This document shows positions 35,702 through 50,896 of a DNA stretch of 64,000 nucleotides, piece by piece; position 1 is the stretch's first letter, and each line of letters opens with the position of its first letter. Where the stretch lies: contig RSEE01000045.1 of the NCBI GenBank assembly GCA_003971905.1, forward strand, positions 124,001-188,000, in the 5' to 3' direction. The translations under genes were made by a program, and so were the position numbers. The notes beneath the pieces were generated by a model, which was given only the letters and a program-made list of their open reading frames with translations, searched no databases and was not told the DNA's origin. Source of the stretch: Moniliella sp. 'wahieum' (Eukaryota).

Positions 35702-38700
35702 TTAGCGGAACTGCTCAAAGGAAGCCTTGGCATCCAACAGCGCCTGCCGCTCCGACTCGTAGTTCTTCAAGCTGGTCTCCACCTGCTGCTTGATCTGGTC
35801 TGGAGTTTTTTCCCACTGGGCCGTGCGCTCCCGCTGCTTGGTGAGACGGTCAATGTTGCTCTCAGCGAGGGTGAGCTTCTTGTCCAGCTTGGCCACCTCG
35901 GCCGAAACGTTGATCCGGCCGCGCACGAGCACATGCGCGCGCAGCCCGGCCTGGATCGACGCTACGGCGCACCCGCCCGGGATCGCCTTCCCGTTTGCTC
36001 GGGCGGTCCAATCAGGACCTCGACGCCCTTGGCGCCCTTGATCAGCGTCTCAATTACCGATTTTTGCTCGTGCAGCACCGCGCCTAGGCTGGGCGATTCG
36101 GCCTCGAGGTACATTTCCAGCTGCTTGATCACCCCATACTGCATGCCACCCCACGCAGCGTCTTGACCGACTCGAACAGCAGGTCAAAGTCGCGCCTGCT
36201 CGCGTCGTCCTTCCATTCGGGGTGGGCGGCCTGGGTCGGGTAGGCCGTCAGCGCAATCGTCGCTGCCGTCTCGCCTTGACGGCGCGGCAGACGCTGCCAC
36301 ACTCCTCAGTCACAAACGGCATAAACGGGTGCAGCAACTTCAATCCCTGGTCCAGCACCGTGTACAACGTCTTTGCGCCGAAGCTTTCGCCTGGGCTTCG
36401 GCCGAGCCAGCCACCGTCGCACTCGGGTGGTCATGTGATAGGCTTGATGGCCTCAATGTACACATCGCAAAAGTCATACAGCCAGAACTGGTACGCGGCA
36501 TGGACCGCCTCCATAAATTGTCGCTGGGCCAACGCCTTGTTCAGTTTGCCAATCGTCTCGTGCAGCGAGGCCAGGATCCAGCGTTCGACCAGGCTCTGGG
36601 CGCTCTTGTTGCCCGGTTGCGCCGCGGCGGCGACCGAGGCAGGGGTAAACCCATCGAGCTTGAGCAGCGCAAACTTGGTTGCGTTCCACATCTTGTTGCA
36701 AAACTTGCGGTAGCCTTCAACGCGCAAAATGTCCAAGTTAATGTCCGCGTTGGGGTGGTGTAGGCGACCAGAGCCAGGCGGAGGGCATCGGTGCCACATT
36801 GAGGAATGCCCTTGGGGAAATCCTTGGTCTGCCCTGCCCGGGCCCTGGCCACCTCCTTGGGATCCAAATTCCCATTTTCCAACTTGGCATGCAACGCGGC
36901 CAGGTCAATGCCCTCAATCACGTCAATCGGATCAATCACGTTGCCGAGCGACTTGGACATTTTGCGGCCATGGGCGTCGCGCACCATACCGTGGCAGAAA
37001 ATCTCGTGAAAGGGCAACGTGTGGGTCAAGTGCGCTCCAAGCATCACCATTCGTGCCACCCAAAAGTAGATAATGTCCCGCCCCGTCTCGAGAAGCGAAT
37101 TGGGGGGTAAAAGTGGGCCAGATCGGGCGTCTGGTCCGGCCAACCCATCAAGCTAAACGGCCACAGACCCGAGGAGAACCACGTGTCCAGTACATCCTCG
37201 TCTTGTCGAAGCGTAAACTTCTTGCCGCCCGCACGTTTCTCTGCCTCGGCCTGGGCCTCTTCAGGCGAGCGGGCGACAATCCAGTTGGCACTGTCCAGTT
37301 CATCCATTCCTCGCCCTCCACCTCGAGAAAGTAGGCAGGAATCCGATGGCCCCACCACAGTTGGCGACTGATGCACCAGTCGAGAATGTGGTCGAGCCAT
37401 TGGTAAAACTCATTTTTGCTTGTGTCGGGGCGGATGGTCAGCCCTTGCTGGCGGGCTAGCGCCACCGCCTCGTCAGCCAGCACCTTGGACTTGACCCACC
37501 ACTGTGGTTTCAGCACCGGTTCCACCACGTCGCCCGAGCGAGAGCAGATGGGCACGCTCATGGGGTTGGGTTGCTCTTCAATGTACAACTTCTTTTCCTT
37601 GAGCGCTTCGACCACCGCCTTACGTGCCGACAGCCGTTTCATGCCTTGGAACGGACCCGCCTCTTCATTCAACGTACCATCGTCATTGAGAATGTTGACA
37701 AACGGCAGCTGGTGGCGCACGCCCACATTAAAATCGTTCGGGTCGTGCGCCGGGGTGATCTTGACGGCGCCCGTACCAAACTCCATATCGACCGCCTCGG
37801 CATCCAACACGATCGGTAACTTGCGGTCGGGGAAAAAGGGATGCTGGACAAACTTGCCGTGCAGATGCTTGTGGCGCGGATCGTCAGGATGGATGGCAAC
37901 GGCCGTGTCGCCCAGGATTGTCTCGGGACGCGTGGTGGCGATCGGGAGCAACCGCTGCTCCACCGGCGCGTCGGCGGGGGCATCGGCAATGGGATAGTAA
38001 AAGTGGAAGAGCACACCAAACTGAATCTTCTCATTGCCGTAGCCAGGTAGGGAGAGGAAGGTGGGGCCAGCCAGTTCCTTCTGGTCCACCTCGAGGTTGG
38101 ACAGGGACGTGGTGAGGTAGGAAGACCAATTGACGATGCGATTGGCGCGATAAATGATGCCGTCGTTAAACAGACGGACAAAGGCCTCAGTCACCGCACG
38201 CGAACGCGTGTTGTCCATGGTGAATGCCTCACGCGACCAGTCGTAGGAGGAGCCGAGGCGGCGCAGCTGCGTGCCGATCGTCGCCGCATACTCGTCCTTC
38301 CAGGCAAACACGCGCTCTAGGAACTTGGACCGCCCCAGGTCGTGCCGGGTAAGGTGCTCAAACTTGAGCAGCCGCTTCTCCACCACGGCCTGAGTTGCGA
38401 TCCCGGCATGGTCAAAGCCGGGAACATAGAGCACGCGTTTACCCTGCATGCGGTACCAGCGACAGAGCGTGTCCTGGATGCTCATGGTCAGCGCATGGCC
38501 AATGTGCAGACTGCCAGTGACGTTGGGCGGCGGGATGGGGATGACAAACGTCTCCTCCTTTTTGTACGGGTCCTGCTCGGTGATTGGGCGCGGAGCAAAG
38601 AAGCCGCTTCTCCCACCAGGCGTACCAATACGACTCGACCTTGAGGGGGTCGTACGCATTGTCCATCGGCGCCGACAAATCCTTCTTCTCCCCCGTGCCC

Positions 38701-39009
38701 TGTACCCAGACGGACTTTGGTCCGACGAGCTTGGGCTTGGGCTCCTTGCTGGGTTTCTTGGCGGATGCATTGGCCGGCGTGGGCTGGGCGGCGGCTGCCT
38801 TGGCGGCCTTTTTGGCAGCGAGCTGCTCGGCCTTGGCCGCCTTCTTGGCACCCTTTTTGGAGAGGGGGCAGCGGGAGCGGGGTCCGGAGGAGGGGGCGGT
38901 CGTGCTCAGGAGGGGGGGGGCCGGGGGGGTGGCGACGGCGAGGGGGCGGGGCAGGGGGGGGCAGGAGGCGGGGGGGCAGGAGACGCGGCAGGGGACGAGG
39001 CAGCCGCAT
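35702..39009 (-). CDS. VAS1: Valyl-tRNA synthetase
   Basis: [15 protein letters not shown] (HIGH motif), [85 protein letters not shown]-terminal coiled coil. Arg/Leu/Pro-rich presequence-like start at 39009. Confidence 0.97.
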
Positions 39010-39219
39010 CCCCTTGTTGGCTGGTCGCTCGTGCGAGGCCCAGATGGGGGCTCAGCCTGAGCACTTCCGATCGACTTGTGCTCTGTGACTCAACCAGGCT
39101 TCGCGCTGTGCCATATATGTTCCGGGCGGAATGATTACGAGGTTAAACGAGAGGAGCTGAATACGAGGCTAACGCCAGTACTATTATGGGTATCGTCGGA
39201 TCGGACCAATGGGCCACCC

Positions 39220-40220
39220 TCACAGCGCCACCTGCGCCAGCTGTACCCGCCGCACCTTGACCTCCACCGCCCCCGCCGCCTCCCAGCCGCCCAGACGCGC
39301 CGCGTAGCGCCCCCGCAGCCGCTCCGCCACCCCGCCTCCATCACCCCCAGCAATGCCTCGGGCACGCTGAACGCCATCACCTCCTGCGTCTGCCGCTGCG
39401 CCTGCTCCCCGCGCCCGACACCAGCCGCACCTCGTGCACCACCAGTACCTCGTCCCCGAGCGTGTTGCCCCGCCTGTCCGCCGCCCCCGGCGCACCGTCT
39501 GCGGCCGCCCGTGCAGGCGGGGCAGGGCCGGACAATGGGTGCAGCTGCCACGGCGTGGATTCGGTGGGTTGGCCCTTCTTCTTCCTTTTTTCTTCCGTGG
39601 CCTCTGGCGGCCCTGCTGCCCTACTTCGTCTTCTTGTGGAGACAGCGTAGAGCACCTCGTATTCCAGCAGCCATCCAGCCAAGGCCACCACGTCCGCCTG
39701 CCCCGTCAGCACCCAGTCGCCCCCCCTCTGCACGGCGAGCTGGACCTGCCGCACCAACTGCGCTAGGCGGTGCACCGCCCAATCCTCCGGCCCGGCGCAC
39801 AGCGGACGCGCGCCCCTGCCCACCAAAATCACCGCGGTAGCGCGCGTCGAGCGGGGGCAGCAGCTGCCGATTGACTATGATGACTTGTTCTTCCTGTTGC
39901 GTGTGCTGAATCCTGCCTGCCCTGCCCTGGGAGGAGGGAAGAGGAGAGGAGATGGATGTTGGTTGCGTGTTGGCCAAGGCGCGGGAGAGGCGTGCCTCGC
40001 TCCCCGGCTTCAAAGGGTAGTCGAGCAAATAACCTCGTCGTACGCCCGTCAGGACCAGCGCGAGCTGCATCAGAACCGAGCGGGGGTGCGCGCGGGACCG
40101 GCACGTCGGCCGTGTGCGATGGCGAGCAGCGGGGCGACTTCCCCTCCCAAACGGGTGAGCCAAGGCGCGTCGTGCATCGGCATCGGCCAGGCCAATTAAT
40201 GTGGTGGATTGAAGAGACAA
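39220..40220 (-). CDS. Hypothetical protein, possibly DUF4504/C1orf74-like
   Basis: Frameshifted fragments LALVLTGVRRGYLLDY, VVALAGWLLEYEVLY and EVMAFSVPEALL resemble that family. Assignment is from memory of motifs only. Confidence 0.5.
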
Positions 40221-40404
40221 TAAAAAAAATCGACGATTTGGATCGTGGTTCGGCCTCCCCCGCCCGGTCCCATCTATTCGGTGCGCGATTCCTCACCCCC
40301 CTTGGCCGACTTGATCCTCGATTCGTCGATTATCGATCGATTCACCTGGAACAACAAGTTCTATGGTGCGTGCAAGTCTGCCGCCTAAGCTCCAAGGGGG
40401 TCGC

Positions 40405-43400
40405 TCAGTGATATACAATACAGGTGCCAAGAGGCATGCAGGACACGGCCAACATATAGGAACAGAAAGCTATAGCTAGCCTAGGCTGCGACACATCCGG
40501 GAATGTGTCCACATAAGGGGAGAAATCTGAGGGTGAGGGGGGGGAGGGGTCAAACCTCAACCTCAGCGCGCATAAGGGTGGGTCACATCGCCAGTGACTA
40601 GTGACGAGTGACGGGACAGGCGACCACAAGCCCGTGCACATGGGGGTGCAGAGAGGAGCGGAAGGTTGCTCAGGGGTGGGGGCAGCGGTGGCTTGGTCGG
40701 AGCACACGGGAGCGGGAGCGGGAGCGGGAGCGTGCTCGGTGGGAAAAGGCGGGCTGGGCTCGTCGGGCGGGAGAGGGAGGAGGCTGGGTAAGGTCTCCAG
40801 GACCTGCTTGGACAGTGGCGACGCACCCGATTCCGCTTTTCGTCGTCGATTGCGGCTCAGCAGGGAGGGACGATGTAAGTTTCTGGCGCCGGGAAGCGCC
40901 TCTTCCCCACCTTCGTCATCGTCGTTGCCGTCTTCATCGTCTTCGTCTTCATCGTCGTCGTCATTGTCGTCGTCGTACGGGACAAGAGTCCGCTTGGACG
41001 ACTGTGATGGCGACCGCATGTGGCCTCGCTTAGCCAGCTGGGTGGGCGAACTGGTGGTCAACCGTTTTCTCTTACGCGGCGGTGGCGTCGCACTTTCGTC
41101 ATCAGACCAATCGTCGGCATCCTCCTCCCTCGCGCGAAGCGGGGCGAGGCCAAGACGCATAGGAACGTCCGGCATGCTGGGTGCGCTCCAGCGGGGCGCG
41201 GCCATCGTGAGCTCGGTCAGTTCGGCAAAGACACGACCCACTTTAGCATCGATGGCCAAGCGGCGCACCTTGCCTTCGTAGCGCGTTAGCACGCTGAGTG
41301 CCACGTAGCGCAACCGGTCTTCAGACACCAAGATACGGAACAAGCTCAGCGCCGTACTGGTCACCACGCCCGTGCGGCCCGAAGCGAGCTCAGTCTCGAC
41401 CAAGTTGAGCAACGGGTCCATCACATCGCACGTCAATAGGTACTCATGCAGCTGCCGATTGTCCCGTGTGGCACACACTTTGATGCATCGCATCGCTGCC
41501 GCGACCAAGGGCCGGTTTTTGGCCAAGAGCAGCGCACCCAGTTTCCCGCCCAGCTCGGCAGCGATAAAAAACTGCTCGGCTCGGTCGGGGTGCGACACGA
41601 GCAGATAGGTCAACAAGTCGCACAGGTGGGCCAGCAGGACACTGCGTTCCAGTCCCAGCGACGGCAAGGCGCGGTGGGGGGGCCGGCCGGACCGGACGCT
41701 CCCTCCGCCTCCATGCGACGCAACGACGAGAGCGAGGGTATCCCCTCCAGCGGGCCAAACAGGCCCCTGACATCATCCCGGTAAAAGAATGTGAGCAACG
41801 ACGCTTTCTCACCGTCGCTGCGCCCTCTGCAACGGGATCCAACAAGGAGCGCAGCACGTCCATCATTTGCGACTGAATTCCCATTCCCTCACCGGTACGC
41901 AGAAGGGTACAGATGACCTGGAGCAGATCATTGCCCCGAGGCAGCTCGACAGGTTCCTCTCTTGTTTGTGGGATCACCTTGCGAGGCTTGCCATATGTGG
42001 TGTTGGGCTGGGCTCGCACCCGCGTCTCGGTCGCGCAGCAGCGGCGGTGGCCTTGGTCGCTAAGGCCAAGGAAAGCAGGTGCCTTCGAAGCACAATGTAC
42101 TGCCGCACCGCGAGGGGGTCCAAGTCGAGAAGCATCAACAGCATGTCCGCCGCCGCGTTGCGCACTTTGGCCGCCATTTCTGGATCCACCTCGTTCCCTT
42201 GTTCCCCTTGTCCCGCATGGAGCTCCGTATGAGCCGCGGTAGGCGACACAGTAGGCGAGAAGGGTATCGAGGCACGAGCAGCGACCGATTCAGGCACAGT
42301 GGAGCTCGAGTCGCTTTCCGGGGCTGAGCAAGGGTCCGAGTCCGGGTCCGGATCGGAGTGAGAGGCCACGGGAGACGGAGAAAGAGAAAGAGGAAGGCCG
42401 GGTCGGTACGCTCCGATCCTGCTGCCCCGTACCCAGCTCCAACCCCACCCCGAGCCCAAACGCAATCACGTCCAGCAACCCGCGCTGGACCAGCTGAGAA
42501 CACATTTGTGCCCGATTGCCCAGCTGCATCGTCTTGCCAATCGCACAGAGCGCCTGGAGAAACAGAACCGCGTCGATCCGTTTCGTCTCACTCGTCTCGT
42601 CGGGCGATCGGGCCGAGGCGGACGGGGCAAAGAGCCCAAACAGGTCCGGTAGGAAGGAAGGATGGTTCAAGCACCAAGACACAATGTCCAGTTGCCAGAT
42701 AAAGGTGATGGACTGAAGCAGGCTGAGAAGCGGGTCGGGCAAAATACGATTCAAGACCACGTCGCGCAAAAAGGTGAGGCGGTACGTGTGCTGAATTTTG
42801 GCCCGGACCACGGGATTGGAAATGGGCACCACCTCTTTAAACTCGGTCGAGTGGGCCATGTACGCTCGATAGGAAGCCTTGCTCGAGGGAAGGCCGGGTC
42901 GTACTCCAGCATGCCTACCAGGGTCGAAAGATCTCGTCCTGCACCACATGCTCATAGAGATGTGCGTCCCCGAGAAGTAAAATGTGCTGAGAAATGGTAC
43001 AGATCGAATGGAGACCAGACAGGTCTTCTTGCTTTTCGGCCAGGGCAAAGTGGGTCCCAACGAGGTAAGATACCCAGACTGCACCATCGCATCGGAAAAC
43101 CGTTCGCGAAACACGGATGCGATCCGTGCGCCTTGGCTCGGACCCAAGATCGCCCCATGCCACCAGGGGCGAGCTCATTCACTTGCCCCAGCTCTCGTTG
43201 TACACACACCGCGATCCGATCGGCAACAGTCTTGATCGTCTGTTCAATGCTCGCCAGGTTCTCCAATGTGGTTCGGGGAGCAACTGGTGGTTCGTCAGAT
43301 CCGCTAGACCCGGAAGGCCCGCCACCCGCTCCACGAGCGTCAGCAGTTTGTGCGTCTCGAAAATCCTGTCTTCGTCCACGGCGGCCACCAAGGGGGGAAG

Positions 43401-44588
43401 AGGACGAGTCGATGGATGACATCGGGATCTGCAACATGGACAGCACGCTCAGCACAGTGCTCAAAGATAAGAAGGAGAACGTACCTGACGACCGCATCTG
43501 TCTCTGCACCTCGGCAAGAAAGTCCCAGATTTCATGGCAGCCCGACCGCTCCTGAAACGAAAGAGCCATTTCCGCTCCCGATGACTCGGTCCAAACAATC
43601 AGCGTATCTGGCAGGCAGGTCAGCAGGTCCGTGGTCAACGCATTCAGCAAAGGGGCGTAGAGACATACCCTGCTGTTGTCGGTACACATCCTCCTTGAGC
43701 AATGTAGAAAAGAGCAGCATATCGTTCTGGTCAAACTCGGGAGAGACAACAATGATGTACTGGTTTTCCCAGTCCTCCGGACTGCCCGGCTCGACAGGCG
43801 CAGGATGCGGCAGGGGCTGACAGCGGGCCTGACCTGGCCGTTCTGTCTGATCCCCCTTGTCGGCTAGGTTGTCTTGGAAACCATTGATCCGAGTGCATGA
43901 TAGGAGGGTGGAACAGGCAGCCTCATGCTTGGCAACCAACAGTGCACGGTCCGATGCTTCGTCATAGACTCCGGCGCAGTACCCGGTACCCAAATCGACC
44001 CATGCGCCGGCCACCATTTCGTACACCTTGACCCGCCGAGCTGAACCACACTGGTGGAATGAGCCGCAGCTAAAGGTCGTTTGGTGGCTCAGGCGATTGG
44101 GGGGTTGTCCCCGCCGACCTCTGCCCCGTCCGGTTCGCGGTCCGGCAGCGGGGGTTCGGCCAAGGTAGGAACGAGGTCCGAGGTATTGGGTACGGCTTGG
44201 CTATCCGTGAAAATCAAAGATGTAGGGACCCGTGGGAGGGCACGTCGGAGCAAGATAGCTCCGAGGCGGAAGGCGCGTCGAGCGAGGGACCACCCGAATC
44301 CGAAGCAGCACTCGGCTCGGGCTCGGGCCCCGCAGGGTGCCCCACGTGTTTCGAGGGCCCCGCAGTCTCACAAGACCCAGGCGGCGGATTGGACTGCAAG
44401 AGAGCAGCAGCAGGCAAGGCAGGCTCGGGGTGGGCGAGCACTCGTCGGGTGCGTCGAGTCCAGGGGGGCCCGGCCCGCCTTCGGCCGGCTCGGCAGCGGG
44501 GCCCACGAGCAACTGCGGCTCCGAATGAGGGGGGGAGTGCGATTGGTGGGGCAACGGCGAGAGGGGGTGGCGATGACGGCTTGAGCAT
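40405..44588 (-). CDS. PSY2: Protein phosphatase 4 regulatory subunit 3 (Psy2/SMK-1 family)
   Basis: RVKVYE..WVDLGTGYC, YRQQQ|DTLIVWTE..MALSFQERSGCHEIWDFL (EVH1-like), FKEVVPISNPVVRAKIQHTYRLTFLRDVVL, acidic/basic tail. Introns ~43427-43484 and ~43608-43668. Ends approximate. Confidence 0.9.
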
Positions 44589-45898
44589 AGAGGGAGCGCG
44601 CCAGGCGAGAGCAACAGAGCGGGGCGAGGGGCTGGAGGGCATCAAGACGACGCGCACCCACTTCCAGCACGCGTGGGGACAGGGGGGGGGTAAGGAGAGG
44701 GGGTTGGGCGGGACGCGGGCGCGGCGCACTGCTGGTGCTCAGGCTGAGCACACGGCAGGAAACGGGGAAGGCAGGAAGGGAGGAAGGAGAGGAGGGGCGA
44801 AGGAGGAGAGGGGGAGGAAGAAACAGAAGAAAAGGCGGCGGTGGTGGTGAAGAGACGGGTGACGGTGTCCGTCGTAGGCTTGCTCCCAACGCGTCTGCTG
44901 GGCTCCTGCGCCTTCAAGCTTCTTCAACTGCAAGCGTCAACGGGCCGGCAGCGTCACTTGTTGGTCACGAGCCATCACGCTGTCGGCATCACCCGTCGCC
45001 CTAATCACACCATCATGCATCACACTCCCCCGACACTGCGCCGCGCCGGGGCTCCAGCTGCCCCAGCCACAGTCGCCCCGTGCGGACACGAGGCAACCCT
45101 ACCCCGCCCCCATCCAAGGGATCCCCCATCCAGCGGGGCCAGTGTGTGCGTCGCCTCGCCTCCGCCCTCTGCCCGCGTGCGCGTGCCTGGCATGCAGGCT
45201 GACGTCACGCCCCCGCCTGCAGCCAGCACCCCCTGGCAGTGGCCCAGTGTGCGGCGCCCCCTGCAGCTCGGGCGGACGCATGACGTGTGACATGACGTAG
45301 CGCCCGCATGGCGCCACCCACGCCCAGCCCAGCCCCAGTGCTCAGGCCCCAGGCTGAGCTGTCAGGCTGACACCTACGTAAGCCGCGTCATTAAATGGCC
45401 GCCGTGTCATTAGCCTTTTCCCTATTACCGGTTACCGGTTACCGGTTAATACCCCCCCGACGGCTGACCTGCCAGCCACACCAGGCCCACCGACGCGCAA
45501 CGCCTTCAATGTGGTTTTCGGCGATGATCTCACTCAGCCTCCGACCTATACGCCCTGTCTGCCTCCTTCGCTTCCTTCCCCGCCGCCCCCACACTCAGAT
45601 TCTACATCCCAAGACGAGCAGGGGGTCGCACTGGTAAAGCGGTACGAATGGAATCGAATCGGTGTGAATAGCTAGCTCGCTTCGATCGCTTCGCACGTCT
45701 CGGAAAGGAGAAGGATATACGGATACGGGTGCGGACGGTATGGACAGCGTCCCAGTCCCAGTCCTAGTCCCAGTCCCAAGTCGAAATGGATGTAGGCGCG
45801 TGGATATGGTACAGTTCACAAGGCGGAGGATAGTCACAGAACAAAAACAAAACAAAGGCAAAACTCAGAGCGTCGATCACAGGAGCAGGGAGACGCGA

Positions 45899-47596
45899 TC
45901 AAGAAACGTGGCCGTTCTCACGCCCCACCGCGCTGTATACTACAACGGAGGGGGGGGGAGGCGCAGGGAGGCGCATGGGCGAATGGATGAATGGGTGAAT
46001 GGGTGAATGGGTGAATGGGCGAATGGGCGAATGGGGAATGGGGTCCGTCGAGTCGAGGACCAAGTACCCAGTAAGAACAAACCCACCAACAAGGGGCCAG
46101 GACAAAGTCCCACGGGGGAGAGGAGAACGTCTACTTGCCTCGGTCACCCTCGTCTCCGACTCAGTGTCCGAGACGAACGTGTGCCGCAACACGGCGTACC
46201 CGCCCTCGAGCGCGGAAGAGTCGGCCGATTCCGGCACCTCCACCTCCTCGACCTCGGCCTGCGCGTCCATCTCGGCCTCGGACGCTGCGGATGACGCGGG
46301 CGCTGGCGATGGCTCAAAACCGTCTCCTCCGCATCGGGGGAGAGAGAGAACCACCGGGACAAAAGGGAAGCCCGTCGGGGCTGGGATTGGGGCTGGGGGT
46401 GGGGGGGGGTGGGGAATGGCTTGCGGGTCCGAGGGGGGCGCATCCATGGGAACGGAAGGGGGCTGCGTCTCTTGGGTCAACTGGGCATCCAGCTCAGCCA
46501 ATTCGCGCTGCAGCGCCCCACGACGTTCTTGAGCGGCGGAGCGAGTGAGCGGGGTGAGGGGTGCCGAACCGGAGCTCTCGCCCGAAGGGGCGGTGGGTGG
46601 AGCGGGAGCAGCGGCAAGGATGCTAGGCAAGGAAGCCGATGTCGTAGCTGCTGGGCTCGGTCCTGCACGTGCCGCCGGTGCGGTGGGGGCCGCCATGCCA
46701 CCGAGCGCGGAGCGGGCTTGTTCGGCCATCGAGCTGACCCCGGCCGCGCCGAGCATCGTGCTGGCCTTGTCCATGGCCGAGGGCGCGTAGGCCCGGACAG
46801 CATTCATGAGGGAGGAACTGGTACCCAAGAAAGAAGGCTGGGGTGTTTCCTGCGCAGGCGGGGGGGGCTACAAGACAGGTCAGTCGTTCGTGCCGTTGGT
46901 TCGAGGTCAGGTTCGGGTTCTGGTTCGGGTTCGGGTCCCAAGGAGACGTACAATGTTCCACAGTGCCTCGCGCGCCTTGTAATACGCTCCCTGCCCGGCA
47001 GTGAGGACCGACTGCTTCAGAGTGGTTCGGGCCTCGACCACAGCTGCGTCAATTTCGCGCTCGTGGTCCGCCAGGAAGGGACCGAGGTAGGTGGTGTACA
47101 GGTAGGCCGCACCCTGGTACGGTACGCAGGCGTCGTCAGCACTTGACACAGAACAGCATGGCACATGGCATCGCCAGGAGGGTGCAGATACGTACCTGCG
47201 TCTGGGGCAATATAAGCCAAAGGGTGAATGCAAGCTTGCTCTCCTCGTAAAAGGGCATCCTAACCTGTGGTCAGTGCCTAGAGTCGGATGGGGCTGCGCG
47301 CCGGGGGGGGGGGACGGCAGAGGGGGGACATACCAGCTCCACGACCAACCGAGGAACATCTCACATGTCTGCACCACTGCGATGACAGACCAGTACATGA
47401 GCCACGTCTCGAGCTCAGCTACCTCGGTGGGGGCCTTGCTGGCCTGGACAGGGGTGCGGGGAATGCGCCAGGAGTACTGGGTGGCGGTGGATCCGGGGCG
47501 GGAGGGGGCAGTGATGGCCTTGTAGGAGGCATAGAGCGGGTAGACGTAGGCCGCCACCGAGGTTGCGACCACAATGGGGAGGCGGAGCAGTAGCAT
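45899..47596 (-). CDS. TB2/DP1/HVA22 (REEP) family ER-shaping protein with long low-complexity tail
   Basis: AAYVYPLYASYKAI, WLMYWSV, spliced MPFYEESKLAFTLWLILPQTQ|GAAYLYTTYLGPFLADHEREID. At least three introns; 3' end approximate. Confidence 0.85.
45981..46043. repeat. Octamer microsatellite (GAATGGGY) x ~8
   Basis: Direct reading. Confidence 0.9.
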
Positions 47597-48326
47597 CGTC
47601 GGGCAGATCAGCGGCTAGGAGGGGGGGGGGATGTGGTGGGTCAGAGGGGAGAGGGAGAGGAGGGGGGATGGGAGGTGGCAGCGATGCATTATTGACGAGC
47701 ACTGACTGCGTCTTGCCATCGCATCGCAGCAGGCGCAAGGGTGAGGCATGATGCATGATGCATGATGGCCAGCGCTGATGCTGATGCAGCGCTGCTATCT
47801 TTTTTGGGGGGGAGACGCTGGCCAGCCCCCTGTGGTCGAAATATTTCAACCCCGCCTGCCCGCCAGCCCAGAGAAGCACGGGGCCAGTGGTTGTGTGCCC
47901 CCCTAAGGCCCAACCCCCCATCCCGCCCTGTACCATTATGCCGAGGCCCACCGCATGACCCCAATCCGATGACCATCACCTACAAGCATCATACACAGAT
48001 GGGCGGCATTATCATCATTCCCCAGAAGGGCAAGTCCCATCGGCAGGGCGGCTGTTTACAGCGCATGAGTCAGGGGACTGTCATGCGGGGGGGTACGCAC
48101 CGCCCTGGATCCTTCCAGTGGGTCTCCAGGTCACCGCAGCGTCGGCCAACCCCTCTTCCCCACCAATGCGGGACCTCGGGTTTCCAAACCAACACACACA
48201 CACAACACACACCCAGGAGAGAAATTACGGTGCAGGCAGAGGGGGAGAAAGGGTCTGCTACGCACCAAGCAATTGAAGAAAAAAACCGACGAACCACACG
48301 CTGGAAACGCATATGTTCTAGGGAGT

Positions 48327-49653
<1,327 letters not shown>

Positions 49654-50100
49654 GAGGAGGGTAGGGGTGGTGGCAGGTGCACAGACGGTGGGTCCTCAGC
49701 CGAGGGAAGGAGGTGCGGCTGGTGGCAAAAAAACCCCGGGGGTGGTGCGAGTGCTGAGAGGGAGTATATAATTGGGGCGCAGCACATGCAGCCCAGAGGG
49801 GCAGTGGGCCACCGCCTGCCCCAGCCACCCGACGCACTTGGTCGGGTGGCCCTCCGCTGGCGGGGCTAGGGTTGCGTGCACGTCCCCTTGGCCGGGAGCA
49901 TGGTGGTAGCGCCTAGTCTAGCTGGCTGGTCGGTAGGCTGTGGTTCTGTTGGTTTCAAAAAAGGAGGCCATCGCCAATCTCGTGACCAATGACCGGTGAC
50001 CATGACCGATGACTGCATCGACCAACGGGGTTAATGAGGATGACCATCCCTAGCTACGGAGCGTCGCCCCTCCTTTTCTCCGCTCCTCCCCCCTCTGCCC

Positions 50101-50896
50101 ATGTCGTCCACCCACACGCCCGACTCGGTGCGCGGCCAAGTGTGGCGTCCATCGGCGCCCGCACCCAAGTCGGTGTTGGTAGTCAACCCCAACTCGTCGA
50201 CGCTCATGACCGAGGGCATGCGAGCCCTCGCCCCGCCCGGGCAGAGTTTTGTGTACTACACTGCTCCCCCGACGTGCCGCCGTCGATTGACAATGAGGCA
50301 AGAGCAGTCGGCCCAAGTGTGCTTTGCCGATCTCACGTCCCAGCCGGGAGCCGGTCTGCTGGCCGAGTCCCAAGCGGTCTTGGTCGCGTGCTTTTCGAAT
50401 CACCCCCTGGCGCCCATGCTGCAGGGCGAGGGCCACAGGGCGATCACCATCCTTGACGCCGCTGTCTTGGATGCACTGGAACGCCACGCGCCCTTTGCTG
50501 TCATCACTACCACCCCCGACTTGGTCGAAGACATTGATGCGGGTGTGAACACGATCCTGAAAAAGTATACCGATACGGCATCGGCTCCGTTTGTCGGCAC
50601 CCTGCCTACGGGGCTACGGGCGATTGAACTCAAGACCTTCCCCCGCGACCAGGTTCAGGCCAAGATCAAGCAGGCCGCACACGAGTTGTTGGATCGCGGA
50701 GCCAGGTCCTTGATCCTCGGTGCAGTGGTACGTCTTCGCGTTCGTGCTGCACATTAGGGAAGTGCGAACTGACCTCTCCTCCGTACAGGCATGTCGGGTG
50801 CCGACGAGGGCAGGGGCGGCGGCGCGCGAGGCAGGGGTGGATAATGTTGCGGTGGTGGATGGGGTGCGGGCGGGGATGGAGAGGTTGTCCAAGTAA
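50101..50896 (+). CDS. DCG1: Asp/Glu/hydantoin racemase family protein (Dcg1-like)
   Basis: VLVVNPNSSTLMT, AVLVACFSNHPL, FAVITT, LILG(C)SGM across an intron at ~50728-50788, AVVDGVRAG. Confidence 0.85.
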
